A stretch of DNA of 64,000 nucleotides from an uncultured Chloroflexia bacterium (GTDB lineage Bacteria > Chloroflexota > Dehalococcoidia > GIF9 > UBA5629): contig CAVZKR010000002.1 of assembly GCA_963775935.1 (NCBI GenBank), forward strand, positions 159,687 through 223,686, in the 5' to 3' direction. The position numbers and the translations under genes are program-made. The notes below the pieces were generated by a model. That model made no database searches and had not been told where the DNA came from. It saw nothing but the letters and a program-made list of their open reading frames with translations. Shown piece by piece: positions 1 to 9,903 of this stretch (within the stretch, counting starts at the first letter, position 1; the number at the start of each line of letters is the position of its first letter).

Positions 1-315
1 ATGCCCCAGGGCGATGGAGAGAGACTCGTTCTTTACCAGTATCGGCTGGGCATTGGACAGAAAGCTGGAGCCGGTAGTGGAATAGCGGTTGTGACCGATG
101 GCAATGTGGCCTCCAAGCTGGCTTAGCTTTTCTTCGGTGAATGCCTGGGCGACAAGACCCATGCTGGTATGGAGATTGATCTTCCCGCCGTCAGTTGTGG
201 CGATACCAGCGCTTTCCTGTCCCCGATGCTGGAGAGCGAAGAGAGCGAAGAAAGTAAGTCTGGCCACATCAACACCACGCGCATATACCCCAAAAATACC
301 GCAGCTTTCGTGCAT
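1..315 (-). CDS. purF: amidophosphoribosyltransferase PurF, N-terminal 105 codons (gene runs off window start)
   Basis: Own minus-strand translation from ATG at 313-315: MHESCGIFGVYARGVDVARLTFFALFALQHRGQESAGIATTDGGKINLHTSMGLVAQAF...GHIAIGHNRYSTTGSS. It shows the CGIFG nucleophile region and the LQHRGQESAGI and GHxRYSTxG motifs of Ntn glutamine amidotransferase PurF. Not in the ORF track because no stop lies inside the window. Confidence 0.85.
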   Translation of the reverse strand, partial: MHESCGIFGVYARGVDVARLTFFALFALQHRGQESAGIATTDGGKINLHTSMGLVAQAFTEEKLSQLGGHIAIGHNRYSTTGSSFLSNAQPILVKNESLSIALGH

Positions 316-652
316 GGTGATTTCACCTCAGATTATAATGCTTATGCTATTGCCTGGTCAATTCTTAGTCGTGTGCGAATTCCTTGCTAGGCTACTAAAA
401 TTTCCCTTGCGAATATAAGTATACGCTATTATTAAGCTCAGCGATATGACCCATGTCTCATTAATGTATTGTAAGAAACTATTGCCCCCGGGATTTCTAT
501 GTTGCTAGCACTTCTAGTGGCCACATTTCCTCCTGGTAGCCCACATTGGAAGCATACCGGACTCGTGTTTGAGAAGAAGCATCTAGTTCCTGCTTCGCAG
601 CAGTTATTTGTTAAGTAGGATCACCTGTGGGCAGACTACACCCAGGAAATAA

Positions 653-1966
653 CTACCCTAGAGCACGTTGCGAATAATGGATTAGGAAATGATCTATGGC
701 CATTCGTGGCTCTCGTTCTAAGTTTGCGAGTCTTCTGTAAATCTCTTCTTTACTGACTTTGTTATTTAAAATTTTCAGCAATTCATCCCTCGATCCCTGC
801 ATTCTAGCCCACTCACAAATACCGACTGTCAGAAGTACTGTATCCCACTGTTTCAATTGGATGGCTTTGGCAGTAATCGCAGTTACTGCTTCGAATAGTG
901 ACTTTGCTCCATTTGCTATCTTACCTGTTTCTGAACTCAACTCAGGAATAATAGTTTTTTCATAGTTATCTAATATAAGATGCCATGTTATCCATCCCAA
1001 AGCTTGGCGAAGATCGTTATTATCGTAGGCCTTTGTCCAAAGCTCGAAAAGTTCCATCGAGATCTGACGAATAAGAGAAAAATCCTTCAACTTTTCTACA
1101 GTTGCCTGTACACGAGACAAAGGATCGGTTGCGACATACTTTTCATGCAATTCTCCCTGGGTTGCTTTCTGTATGATATTGACAAGAAACCCCCAAGTTT
1201 CTGGCTGTAATGTTTCCTCCAATAATTGTCGGTATGGCTCAGATTGGATATATTCTTGCCTCTCCGCAGTATTTAACATTATTTCTCGTATTTTCATAAA
1301 GCTATTCGGTGATATAGTCTCAGTAGCTAAATTATCTTTGTATAAGTGCATTAGGTTCGTTGCGGCGTTCTCATTCAGAGCCTTTTCGTGCATAAGCTGA
1401 TCTAATATAATTTTCCATAACCTATCACCGATTGCCTTGTTTTTAGTGATCGGATAGCCTCTGTGTGGTAAACAATACCATAAATGAATGACTGCGGCTG
1501 CTCTCGATGATAAAACCTCATACATTTCTCGAGTGGAAGGTGTATTCCATTTATATGCACTTGATATTAGAGCATTTGCGAGTAGAACATAGGCATCTCC
1601 CTCTTTGGTATTTATTGATAGTGTCTGCTGACAAAGACGAACGACTTCAACGCAGGCTTCTCTCGCTTTTTCATCGTTGCCTTCTAGTAAAAAGTGTTGG
1701 CGCCTTTGCCATTGTTCATTTGCTTGGTTGAATAATTTTCCGGATTTACCAATCAGTATTTTGCTTGCTTTATCCCATAATGAACTTGTTGCAGATTCCT
1801 GCCCAATGGATTCAAGGCGTTCACTACACTGCTGTTGCACTGGCCAATTCAGTTGAGTTCCACAGTTGCCACAGAATCTTGCTTCGAAGGCGATTGAATT
1901 ATGACAGTTAGGGCATTGATACCATTGCTTCATCATCTTATTGTTACCTTGTGCCAAGTATTTCAA
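653..1966 (-). CDS. hypothetical zinc-ribbon protein, otherwise all-helical
   Basis: 437-aa ORF in the track (TTG start). A more likely start is MMKQW near 1936. N-terminal zinc ribbon CPNCHNSIAFEARFCGNCG, and no other motif I recognise. Visibly AT-rich compared with neighbours. Confidence 0.6.
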   Translation of the reverse strand: MKYLAQGNNKMMKQWYQCPNCHNSIAFEARFCGNCGTQLNWPVQQQCSERLESIGQESATSSLWDKASKILIGKSGKLFNQANEQWQRRQHFLLEGNDEKAREACVEVVRLCQQTLSINTKEGDAYVLLANALISSAYKWNTPSTREMYEVLSSRAAAVIHLWYCLPHRGYPITKNKAIGDRLWKIILDQLMHEKALNENAATNLMHLYKDNLATETISPNSFMKIREIMLNTAERQEYIQSEPYRQLLEETLQPETWGFLVNIIQKATQGELHEKYVATDPLSRVQATVEKLKDFSLIRQISMELFELWTKAYDNNDLRQALGWITWHLILDNYEKTIIPELSSETGKIANGAKSLFEAVTAITAKAIQLKQWDTVLLTVGICEWARMQGSRDELLKILNNKVSKEEIYRRLANLEREPRMAIDHFLIHYSQRALG

Positions 1967-2512
1967 TTAATATTTGGCTTTTAAACATTCTGATATGCCT
2001 ACGCTTATACCCTCAAGCAAAGAGCTGATTCTATCTACGAGATCACGAAGGTTTCTAAAGGTGATAGTGTGCAGTTGATCAACTGAAACAGAAGGGTTAT
2101 CGTCTTTATCTATAGGGTATCGGAAAGCTTGAGAATTCGGATCCCATTCTGAAAATTCGTTGATACCCTGCTCTATAGCATCAAGGTCATTCTTATATTT
2201 ATCGCGTTCATCCTCTCCCAGCTTTTGATATTCCTCTTCGTCAATATTTTTTAAAATATTTCTGCATTCTCTCCATAATTCAGCGATGTTATGATGTGTT
2301 GGAAAACCCACAGAGCAATGTTGGGAAATGTCTAAAAACCAATTACCATTTCGAATTATTTCTTTGAGCTGTAATTCGATATACTGCCGATACAAAAATA
2401 CTGCAGGATATACAAGGATGTGTTGCTCGCCATGAGCAATACCATGTTCAACAAGTAAATCACCAGCCTTCTTGTAACCCGCCGCATACAATACCCAATC
2501 CATATTTACCAA
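1967..2512 (-). CDS. hypothetical protein (181 aa), first gene of AT-rich two-gene module
   Basis: ORF track. Its stop directly abuts the start of the downstream ORF (1966/1967), which suggests an operon. Helical, with no catalytic motif I can name. Confidence 0.55.
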   Translation of the reverse strand: MVNMDWVLYAAGYKKAGDLLVEHGIAHGEQHILVYPAVFLYRQYIELQLKEIIRNGNWFLDISQHCSVGFPTHHNIAELWRECRNILKNIDEEEYQKLGEDERDKYKNDLDAIEQGINEFSEWDPNSQAFRYPIDKDDNPSVSVDQLHTITFRNLRDLVDRISSLLEGISVGISECLKAKY

Positions 2513-2835
2513 GATAACCTATCCCCTATAATTGTATTACTTTTAAGTTTGCATTGGAGCTTGCTGGGATTAGGTGCTAGCTAGGGGTTCACAAAAGAAA
2601 AATCCCGTCTTATTCCTAGTGGGCTTAATTCTTCAAATTAGTAGATCCCAATTAAGCAGTATATCAGCAAAAGTAAGACGATCTCATTATCAAAGGTACT
2701 CTAGAGGGGAACTGAAAATTGTGAAATGCGATTTCTAAGGTAATATCATTACCAGAATACAATCTTAATAAAGTTATTTATTCTATCTAGTATCTGATGA
2801 ACTGAAGCTAAGTTATGGCGATAATATTACCAAAC

Positions 2836-2876
2836 TGCTAGCGGGGCTGGATTTGAACCAGCGACCTGTGGGTAGA
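2836..2876 (-). other. tRNA 3'-half-like fragment (T-arm plus acceptor 3' strand), possible att remnant
   Basis: Minus strand reads ACCCACAGGTC GCTGG TTCAAAT CCAGC CCCGCTA G CA. This is a perfect 5-bp T-stem with a TTCAAAT loop followed by a 7-nt acceptor strand. No matching 5' acceptor strand (TAGCGGG), D-arm or anticodon arm lies upstream, so it is not a complete tRNA. Confidence 0.45.
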
Positions 2877-2997
2877 TTAGTGGAGCAAGCAACGTAGAGC
2901 GAGGATTTTCTCGGTATCTTTGAGTTGAAATATGGTGATATAATGAGCGAACGAATCAGAAATGCGAACTGGAAACAATTTTGCTGGGGATAGAGTT

Positions 2998-3291
2998 ATG
3001 AAAGCGCTTAAAGAAATTAAACAAATCTTAGCTCAACATAAAGAAGAGCTGAAACTGAAGTACAAAGTCAAGGACATAGGGATTTTCGGCTCTGTAGTGA
3101 GGGGGGAGCAGAAGAAGAAAAGTGACGTGGATGTTTTAGTGGAATTTGCTGAGCCTGTAGGGCTTTTTGCATTCATGGATCTGGAAGAATACCTGGAGAG
3201 GTTAATTGGCGCTAAAGTCGACCTGGTATCGAAAAAGGCATTGAAGCCGAGAATCGGCGAATATATCCTCAAAGAGGTTATTTATTTGTAA
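2998..3291 (+). CDS. MNT/MntA-type nucleotidyltransferase (pol-beta fold), no HEPN partner adjacent
   Basis: GIFGSVVRGEQKKKSDVDVLVEF matches the GS-x(9-10)-DxD nucleotidyltransferase motif. The ORF track gives 2962..3291. The ATG at 2998 (MKALKEIK) is the more plausible start. Confidence 0.8.
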   Translation: MKALKEIKQILAQHKEELKLKYKVKDIGIFGSVVRGEQKKKSDVDVLVEFAEPVGLFAFMDLEEYLERLIGAKVDLVSKKALKPRIGEYILKEVIYL

Positions 3292-3301
3292 CGAAACGTG
3301 A

Positions 3302-4843
3302 TTACCGGCTCGATAGCCATTCCATAACCGTATCTATAGCTTTTCCTTCGAGGCGGAGGCGGTGACCAGCGCCGGGGATAATGACCAGTTCCCTGGGGTC
3401 TTTTGCCTGCTCATAAAGCTTGTGAGCATGGGCGATAGGTACGGTATTGTCCTGGTCGCCATGGATGAGGAGCAGGGGGCGGGGTGAGATTTTATGAATG
3501 TGGTGAACCGGGGAAACAGTATTGAATCCTTCAAGCCAGTCCTCTATCGAGGCGGGAAAGCCTGCGTCCCTGATGACGCCAATTTTACGGAAGTAGGCGA
3601 TGAGTTCCTGTCCTTTGTCACGCGGCATGAAATCGAAGTTGGCGGGACAGGAGAGAGTTACCAGAGATGATATCCTGGGGTCGCTGGCAGCCACACATAT
3701 ACTTACTGCAGCGCCGCCGCTGGAGCCTATAACTGCCAATTTGGACTTTTTAACCTCGTCGAAGCCATAGAGGAAATCGATAGCCGCCTTCAAGTCCTGA
3801 GTCCAGCCGCGGAGGTCGAAATTACCCTGGCTTTGTCCTGAGCCCCGAAAATTGAAAATAAAGGTGATGAAGCCGTTGGCGCAAAACTTTTCAGCCAGTA
3901 CAGCATAGCCTCGTTCCGCGGGATTGTGTGGTACTGCGGGAATGCCGTGGCAGATAATAAGGGCTGGCTTATTTAGATTTGTGGTAGTAGGGAAATATAG
4001 TTCACCATACAGGTCGAGATTGTCGGATTTGAAAGAGACCTCTTGTTTTTTCATGGATTCAGAACTCTCCTTTGTTGGTGATTTTATGCAACATCTCCCT
4101 CTATTTTTTAATGTTAGCAATAGTAAAAACTCCTGATTGCCGTCGGCGCCGGTGATAGGTGAGGCGACTAATCCGCGTAATCTGAAACCGTGGTCGACCG
4201 CCCAGAGGACAAAACGCCCGATGACCCTGGCATGAACCAGAGGGTCTTTGATGATGCCGCCTTTGCCTACCTCATGCTTTTCAGCTTCGAATTGCGGCTT
4301 GAGCAGCACGATGATATGACCTGATGGCTTAAGACGCTTTACTATGTTTGGTAGTACCTTGGTGACTGAGATAAACGATACATCTATGGATGCCAGGTCT
4401 GCTTCCTCTGGCAATTCAAATGGATAGTGCACATTGGTCCTATCCATGACTACAACCCTGGAGTCCTGCCTCAGTTTGTAATCGAGCTGACCGTACCCAA
4501 CATCTATGGCGTAGACTCGTCGAGTACCCCGTTGCAGCAGACAATCGGTGAAACCTCCGGTAGAAGCGCCTATATCAATAGCTACTAAAGAGGTAACATC
4601 GAGTTTGAACTCGTCGAGGGCATGGGATAGCTTAATACCCCCGCGGCTGACATACAGAGGTTTCCGGGCTAGCTCAATCCGGGCATCTTCTGCCACCAAA
4701 CTGCCGGCCTTAATGATAGTTTTTCCGTTTACTGTCACCTCGCCAGCCATAATGAGGGCGCGGGCTTTGTTTTTATTGTCGGCTAAACCTGTAGTCACCA
4801 GGAGGCTATCTAATCGCTGTTTTGGCATAGTGGCATCACTCAA
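3302..4843 (-). CDS. tlyA: TlyA-type rRNA 2'-O-methyltransferase (S4 + FtsJ-like) fused in frame to a C-terminal alpha/beta hydrolase
   Basis: Single 513-aa ORF in the track. Residues 1-245 carry an S4-like N-terminus, the DIGASTGGFTD SAM motif and a GNQEFLLLL ending typical of TlyA. Residues ~265-513 carry ALIICHGIP, the nucleophile elbow GSSGGA and HGDQDNTVP...GAGH (serine hydrolase triad layout). Confidence 0.8.
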   Translation of the reverse strand: MSDATMPKQRLDSLLVTTGLADNKNKARALIMAGEVTVNGKTIIKAGSLVAEDARIELARKPLYVSRGGIKLSHALDEFKLDVTSLVAIDIGASTGGFTDCLLQRGTRRVYAIDVGYGQLDYKLRQDSRVVVMDRTNVHYPFELPEEADLASIDVSFISVTKVLPNIVKRLKPSGHIIVLLKPQFEAEKHEVGKGGIIKDPLVHARVIGRFVLWAVDHGFRLRGLVASPITGADGNQEFLLLLTLKNRGRCCIKSPTKESSESMKKQEVSFKSDNLDLYGELYFPTTTNLNKPALIICHGIPAVPHNPAERGYAVLAEKFCANGFITFIFNFRGSGQSQGNFDLRGWTQDLKAAIDFLYGFDEVKKSKLAVIGSSGGAAVSICVAASDPRISSLVTLSCPANFDFMPRDKGQELIAYFRKIGVIRDAGFPASIEDWLEGFNTVSPVHHIHKISPRPLLLIHGDQDNTVPIAHAHKLYEQAKDPRELVIIPGAGHRLRLEGKAIDTVMEWLSSR

Positions 4844-4879
4844 CCAGGGATTATAGTATAGGGTAGGGATTATAACAAG

Positions 4880-4916
4880 AAAGCCCCTCTCTCCTTGAGA
4901 AAGAGAGAGGGGCTTT
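4880..4916 (-). terminator. rho-independent terminator downstream of serA
   Basis: AGCCCCTCTCTC ... GAGAGAGGGGCT stem of ~12 bp, followed on the minus strand by a T-rich run (TTCTTGTT). Confidence 0.6.
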
Positions 4917-4935
4917 GGAGGAGGATTAACAAAAA

Positions 4936-6525
4936 TTACAGTTTAACCAGGTTGGCGGCGTAGACATCACCGAGCGCCATGATTTCCTGCCGTTGCTCTT
5001 CCTGCAAAGCCTCGTCCAGTGCCAGAATCATGAGCGCTTTACCACGTGGTTGCAGCCGTGCTAATTGCATGGAGCTAACATTGATATCTGCTTTGCCGGT
5101 GATGTTCCCCACCGCACCGATAAGCCCGGGACGGTCGCGATGGTCGCAAAACAGGAAGTAGCCACCAGTGGGAGTGATGTCTATCCAGAAATCATTCACC
5201 TTGACGATATGTGTCTCACCGCGGAGCACAGTGCCGGCAACGCTGATGCTGCCGGTGCTGGTGCTGGTGGTAACATTGAGAGTAATAAGGCTGGCGTAGT
5301 TTTCGCAGGTTGCCTCAGTTTGCTCTACTACTTTGATGCCGCGGCGAGCAGCGATGAGGGTAGCATTCACCATATTGATTCTTTCCTCGCTCACTTTTTC
5401 CAGCAAGCCACCGATAATGGAGGTTTTTAAAGCGCTGCTGTCGCAATTGGCAATTTCTCCTGAATAGATAATATGAATACTCTTTATCTGCGCTTCCATT
5501 AATTGGCCTGCCAGCTTACCCAGAGTCGAGGCTACCAGCATATAGGGAGCTACCACCGAAAGCACTTCAGCGGCGATGTGAGGTAGATTAGCAGCGTACT
5601 TGGCAGGTCTCCCGTTTAATACGTCGAGTACCTGCTCGGCAGCGTCGATAGCTACACCTACCTGTGCCTCAGCTGTGGAGGCACCGAGATGTGGTGTCAC
5701 GATAATTTTATCGCTCTTGAATAAAATACTGTCGGTTACCGGCTCCTTCACGAATACATCAATAGCAGCGCCAGCGAGCTTACCTTCTTCGATAGCTTTA
5801 CACAGTGCTTCATCGTCGATAAGCCCGCCGCGAGCGCAGTTGATGATACGGGCTGTCGGCTTCATTGTAGCCAGTTCCTTAGCACCAAGCATGCCCTTGG
5901 TATCTTTGGTCAACGGAAGATGTAAAGTGATGTAATCCGATTCCACGAGTAATTGCTTTAGTGGAATCAGCTCTATTCCCAGATTGCGGGCATAGTCAGC
6001 AGAGACGAAGGGATCATAGCCGACGACTTTCATTTTGAATCCTTGAGAGCGCTTGGCGACCTCCGAGCCGACATTACCCAGACCAATGACGCCTAATGTT
6101 TTGTTATTAAGCTCATTGCCTACAAAGCTGCTCCGCTGCCACACGCCGGACTTGAGCTTGGCATGGGCCTGGGGAACATGGCGTGCCAATGCCAGCATCA
6201 TTGCCATGGTATGTTCCGCTGCAGAGATGGTGTTCCCTGTGGGAGCATTAACTACTACGATACCCTTCTGCGTTGCTGCGTCAATATCGACGTTATCCAG
6301 ACCGACTCCAGCACGGGCGATTACCTGGAGCTTGGTACCTGCCTCGATGATATCCTTGGTTACCTTGGTTTCGCTGCGTACCACAATAGCCTCGTAGTTG
6401 GCTATAATGCTCTTCAATTCATCAGGTTTGAGCCCGGTTTTAACATCGACTTTTACTTTGGCTTGCAGTACTTCTATACCGGCTTTATCGATTGGGTCAG
6501 CAACTAGAACTTTCATGGAAGTCAC
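4936..6525 (-). CDS. serA: D-3-phosphoglycerate dehydrogenase, long form with C-terminal ASB/ACT domains
   Basis: 529 aa. It has the GLGNVG NAD-binding motif, the 2-hydroxyacid dehydrogenase core and a C-terminal regulatory domain. It sits next to a serine-pathway-type aminotransferase. Confidence 0.9.
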   Translation of the reverse strand: MTSMKVLVADPIDKAGIEVLQAKVKVDVKTGLKPDELKSIIANYEAIVVRSETKVTKDIIEAGTKLQVIARAGVGLDNVDIDAATQKGIVVVNAPTGNTISAAEHTMAMMLALARHVPQAHAKLKSGVWQRSSFVGNELNNKTLGVIGLGNVGSEVAKRSQGFKMKVVGYDPFVSADYARNLGIELIPLKQLLVESDYITLHLPLTKDTKGMLGAKELATMKPTARIINCARGGLIDDEALCKAIEEGKLAGAAIDVFVKEPVTDSILFKSDKIIVTPHLGASTAEAQVGVAIDAAEQVLDVLNGRPAKYAANLPHIAAEVLSVVAPYMLVASTLGKLAGQLMEAQIKSIHIIYSGEIANCDSSALKTSIIGGLLEKVSEERINMVNATLIAARRGIKVVEQTEATCENYASLITLNVTTSTSTGSISVAGTVLRGETHIVKVNDFWIDITPTGGYFLFCDHRDRPGLIGAVGNITGKADINVSSMQLARLQPRGKALMILALDEALQEEQRQEIMALGDVYAANLVKL

Positions 6526-6670
6526 CTCTTTACTTTATATTTATTAACCTCTCACCCTTATCCCTCTCCCCTTTAAATCCCATCTTTCCCTCAAATTGCT
6601 TCTTGCGGTGACAGAAATAAAGGCTGATTTTCGTTATAGCACGTAGAAGTAAGAAGCGGAGAGCTACGTA

Positions 6671-7750
6671 TTATACCTTTGCTTTAGGCCATGCCTTTTC
6701 CAGTGCGCTTAGAACTTCTTTAATATCTTTTTCAGTAACCATGCCCAGGTGCCCAATGCGGAAAATCTTTCCTTTGAGGTCGCCCTGTCCTCCAGCGATG
6801 ACCACTTTGTGCTCATCGCGCAATATCTGGCGCAATTTGGACACGTCAACTTTTCCCTGAGCTTTCACTGCAGTTACGGTGTTCGATGCATATTTTTCAT
6901 CGGGCAATATTTCGAATCCCATCGCCTTGACGCCTTCCCTGGCTATCCTGGCTATTTTAGCATGGCGGGCGAAAACGTTTGGCAGACCTTCTGCCAGAAT
7001 CATGTCCAGCGAGACACCGAGCCCATAGAAGATGGGAATTGAGGGAGTCCAGGGCGTCTCTCCATCCATGAGAAATTTCTTCGCTTTGGTGAAGTCCCAG
7101 TAGAAACGGGGCATCTTTGCCTCGGCGTGCGCTTTCCATGCCTTCTCACTCATGCTGACGAAGGCAAGCCCTGGCGGTACCATCCAGCCCTTTTGAGAGC
7201 CACTAACCACCACATCGAGCTTCCAGTTGTCGACCTGTACGTCAATAGAGCTCAGTGAGCTGACAGTATCGACAATAATCAGTTTGTCGAACTCTTTTAC
7301 CGCAACGCTGACCGCAGCCAGGTCGCTGGTGACACCAGTGGAAGTCTCATTGTGAGTCACCAGCACTGCCTTTATCCTGGGGTCAGCTTTCAATGCCTGA
7401 CGTACTTTCTCAGGGTCTACTGCTGTTCCCATTTCAAACTTGACTTGGGTAACATCAGCTCCAAAAGTCCGTGCAATTTCAGCGAGGCGGTCACCGAAAA
7501 CTCCATTAGTTGCAGAGAGAATCTTATCTCCGGGTGAGAGGACGTTAACTACAGCGGCCTCCAGGCCGCCAGTACCCGAGCCGGTGAGAATAAATAGTTC
7601 ATTCTTGGTCTGGAAAACAGTTTGAAGCTTTTGAGTAACGCTCTTGATGAGCTCCTTGAATTCCTTACCCCTGTGGTCGACCATCTGTTTACTCAGGGCT
7701 TTCAGGACCTTTTCTGGACAGGGTGTTGGTCCGGGTACACGTAGTTGCAT
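6671..7750 (-). CDS. class-V aminotransferase (serine-pyruvate / phosphoserine aminotransferase type)
   Basis: MQLRVPGPTP...VDHRGKEF...SGSQKG (PLP-lysine context) is typical of AGXT/archaeal-type SerC enzymes. The ATG at 7750 is preceded by GGAGGT. The track ORF extends to 7786. Confidence 0.85.
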   Translation of the reverse strand: MQLRVPGPTPCPEKVLKALSKQMVDHRGKEFKELIKSVTQKLQTVFQTKNELFILTGSGTGGLEAAVVNVLSPGDKILSATNGVFGDRLAEIARTFGADVTQVKFEMGTAVDPEKVRQALKADPRIKAVLVTHNETSTGVTSDLAAVSVAVKEFDKLIIVDTVSSLSSIDVQVDNWKLDVVVSGSQKGWMVPPGLAFVSMSEKAWKAHAEAKMPRFYWDFTKAKKFLMDGETPWTPSIPIFYGLGVSLDMILAEGLPNVFARHAKIARIAREGVKAMGFEILPDEKYASNTVTAVKAQGKVDVSKLRQILRDEHKVVIAGGQGDLKGKIFRIGHLGMVTEKDIKEVLSALEKAWPKAKV

Positions 7751-7900
7751 AGTAACCTCCCTCTTTGTTTTTATTCGTAAATGCAAGGTGGTGTTTGCAG
7801 CTTTTAATTATACTATTTTATAGGATTTTTATCACTTTTACCTTTGTGGCAGCTTTAAAAATTGTGGCAAACGGCTGCCCCTCGTCGCTTTTGCTCCGAT

Positions 7901-8827
7901 TTAGATTACTTCACGCAGAATCAACTTTGCCTGTTCCACGTCTTTGGCTATCTGGGTTTTGAGTTCATCTACGGAGATGAACCGTTTTTCATTTCTCAGT
8001 TTGTCTATGAATGCTACGCTGAGAGCTTTCCCTGATAACTCAGATTTGTGGTTTATGATGTAGGTTTCAACCATGCGCTTCCCGTCTCCAAAGGTAGGTC
8101 GAACACCGATATTGGTTACGGATGGTAACGGTTCGCTATCGGTGTAGGCGACGGTGACATAGACGCCATCCCCCGGCGATGCCTGGTCGGGCTTTATCTC
8201 GAGATTGGCGGTGGGAAAGCCCAATGTTCTCCCTCTCTGGTCACCAGGCACTACCAATCCGCGTATCCTGAAGGGACGTCCCAGTAGCTTAGCAGCTCTT
8301 TTCATATCTCCTTGAGATAAAACCTGGCGGATAAGACTGCTGCTGACCACTTCACCGTTGATAACCAGCGGCGGCACCACTTCAACGTTGAATCCCATTT
8401 GTTTGCCGAATAGGCGAAGCTGTTCTACCGTGCCCTGCCTGTTTTTACCCAGGGCAAAATCAGGTCCAATAATCAACCCGCGGAGTTTCAGATGCTCTTT
8501 AAGCAACTGCACAAACTCGCGGGCGCTCAGTTGTCTCAGCTCCGTGGTGAAATTCAACGCGATGACTATATCTATGCCCAGGTTTTTGATCAGCTCGATT
8601 CTGTTATCCAGGCTGTCCAGCCAGGGTAACTGATTCTGGGAACCGAGCACAGTCTCCGGATGCGATATAAAAGTAATAACACCGCTCAACCAGTTATTCT
8701 GCTGAGCTTTTTTCTTTAGATAGGTTAACAGGCTTTGATGTCCCAGGTGGACGCCGTCGAAGACGCCGATGGTGAATATCGTCTCCTGATGGGGTTTGAT
8801 TTTCTCTAGCTCTTCTACGATTTCCAT
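7901..8827 (-). CDS. ribF: bifunctional riboflavin kinase / FMN adenylyltransferase
   Basis: GVFDGVHLGHQ nucleotidyltransferase motif at the N-terminus and PTANL...riboflavin kinase C-terminal domain. 308 aa. Confidence 0.9.
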   Translation of the reverse strand: MEIVEELEKIKPHQETIFTIGVFDGVHLGHQSLLTYLKKKAQQNNWLSGVITFISHPETVLGSQNQLPWLDSLDNRIELIKNLGIDIVIALNFTTELRQLSAREFVQLLKEHLKLRGLIIGPDFALGKNRQGTVEQLRLFGKQMGFNVEVVPPLVINGEVVSSSLIRQVLSQGDMKRAAKLLGRPFRIRGLVVPGDQRGRTLGFPTANLEIKPDQASPGDGVYVTVAYTDSEPLPSVTNIGVRPTFGDGKRMVETYIINHKSELSGKALSVAFIDKLRNEKRFISVDELKTQIAKDVEQAKLILREVI

Positions 8828-8862
8828 AGCTTTAGTAAGCGTAAGACAACAGGGTAGGGATT

Positions 8863-9903
8863 TTATGACTTAGCGCTCGATGGTAAAACAGCCAGATTTC
8901 TGCCTACAGCAGCGACCACTGGCTTGAGTTGAGACATGAGCTTGTTAAAGTTCTCGAACGTCAGTGATTGTGCGCCGTCTTTTAGGGCGGAATCTGGAGT
9001 GGGATGAACCTCGACCATAATGCCGTCGGCACCAGCAGCTACCGCAGCCAGCGCCAGTGGAATAACCAGGTACCATTTGCCTGTACCGTGACTGGGGTCA
9101 GCGATGATGGGCAGGTGACTCACCTTCTCGATAACCGGAATAGCGCTGATATCCATAGTATTACGAGTATACGTTTCAAAGGTTCTGATGCCTCTCTCAC
9201 AGAGCATGAGGTTGCTATTTCCCAGTGCCAGGATGTATTCGGCTGCCAGCAGCCATTCCTGAATTGTCGCCGATAATCCCCGTTTCAACATCACCGGCTT
9301 GCCCGTCTCGCTCGCCGCCTCCAGAAGATTGAAATTTTGCATATTACGAGTGCCTATCTGGAGGATATCAGCATAGCTTGCCACCATATCGACATCTTGT
9401 GATGCCATAACCTCGGTGATGACCAGTAGTCCTGTCTCTTTTGCAGCTTGAGACAGTAGCCTGAGCCCTTTCACTCCCAGCCCGCGGAAATGATACGGCG
9501 ATGTGCTCGGTTTGAAGGCGCCGCCGCGCAGGATAGTGGCGCCAGCAGCTTTTACTGCCTTAGCTGTTGCCATAAGCTGCTCTTCGTTTTCTACGGCACA
9601 GGGGCCAGCTATGACTACGATTTCTTTACCGCCGATACTGATGCCTCCTATGGTGATAATGGTGTCCTGAGGATGAAACTCGCGGCTGGCAAGTTTGTAC
9701 GGTTTGCTGACGAGGATAATCTCATCCACGCCAGACATGTTCTCCAGCGTATCTTTCAATTCTGGAAAGATTTGCCCGACCACTCCGATAATGGTATGTT
9801 GTACACCCTGGGAGAGGTGAGGTTTTAAGCCTACGGATTCGATACGACTGCTGACATTGCTGATTTCTTTATCGCTGGCGCCAGCTTTCATGACCACGAT
9901 CAT
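8863..9903 (-). CDS. 3-deoxy-7-phosphoheptulonate (DAHP) synthase, type I-beta with N-terminal ferredoxin-like regulatory domain
   Basis: 346 aa. A KDO8PS-like barrel core (GPCAVE, KRG, DPSH) is preceded by an ~70-aa MIVVMK... regulatory domain. It overlaps the upstream chorismate mutase gene by 4 nt. Confidence 0.85.
   Translation of the reverse strand: MIVVMKAGASDKEISNVSSRIESVGLKPHLSQGVQHTIIGVVGQIFPELKDTLENMSGVDEIILVSKPYKLASREFHPQDTIITIGGISIGGKEIVVIAGPCAVENEEQLMATAKAVKAAGATILRGGAFKPSTSPYHFRGLGVKGLRLLSQAAKETGLLVITEVMASQDVDMVASYADILQIGTRNMQNFNLLEAASETGKPVMLKRGLSATIQEWLLAAEYILALGNSNLMLCERGIRTFETYTRNTMDISAIPVIEKVSHLPIIADPSHGTGKWYLVIPLALAAVAAGADGIMVEVHPTPDSALKDGAQSLTFENFNKLMSQLKPVVAAVGRNLAVLPSSAKS

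Noticed and set aside
98-418. Plus-strand ORFs 98..418 and 169..390 and the minus-strand ORF 123..326
   Set aside because: They overlap the purF N-terminus, which is unmistakable on the minus strand in another frame.
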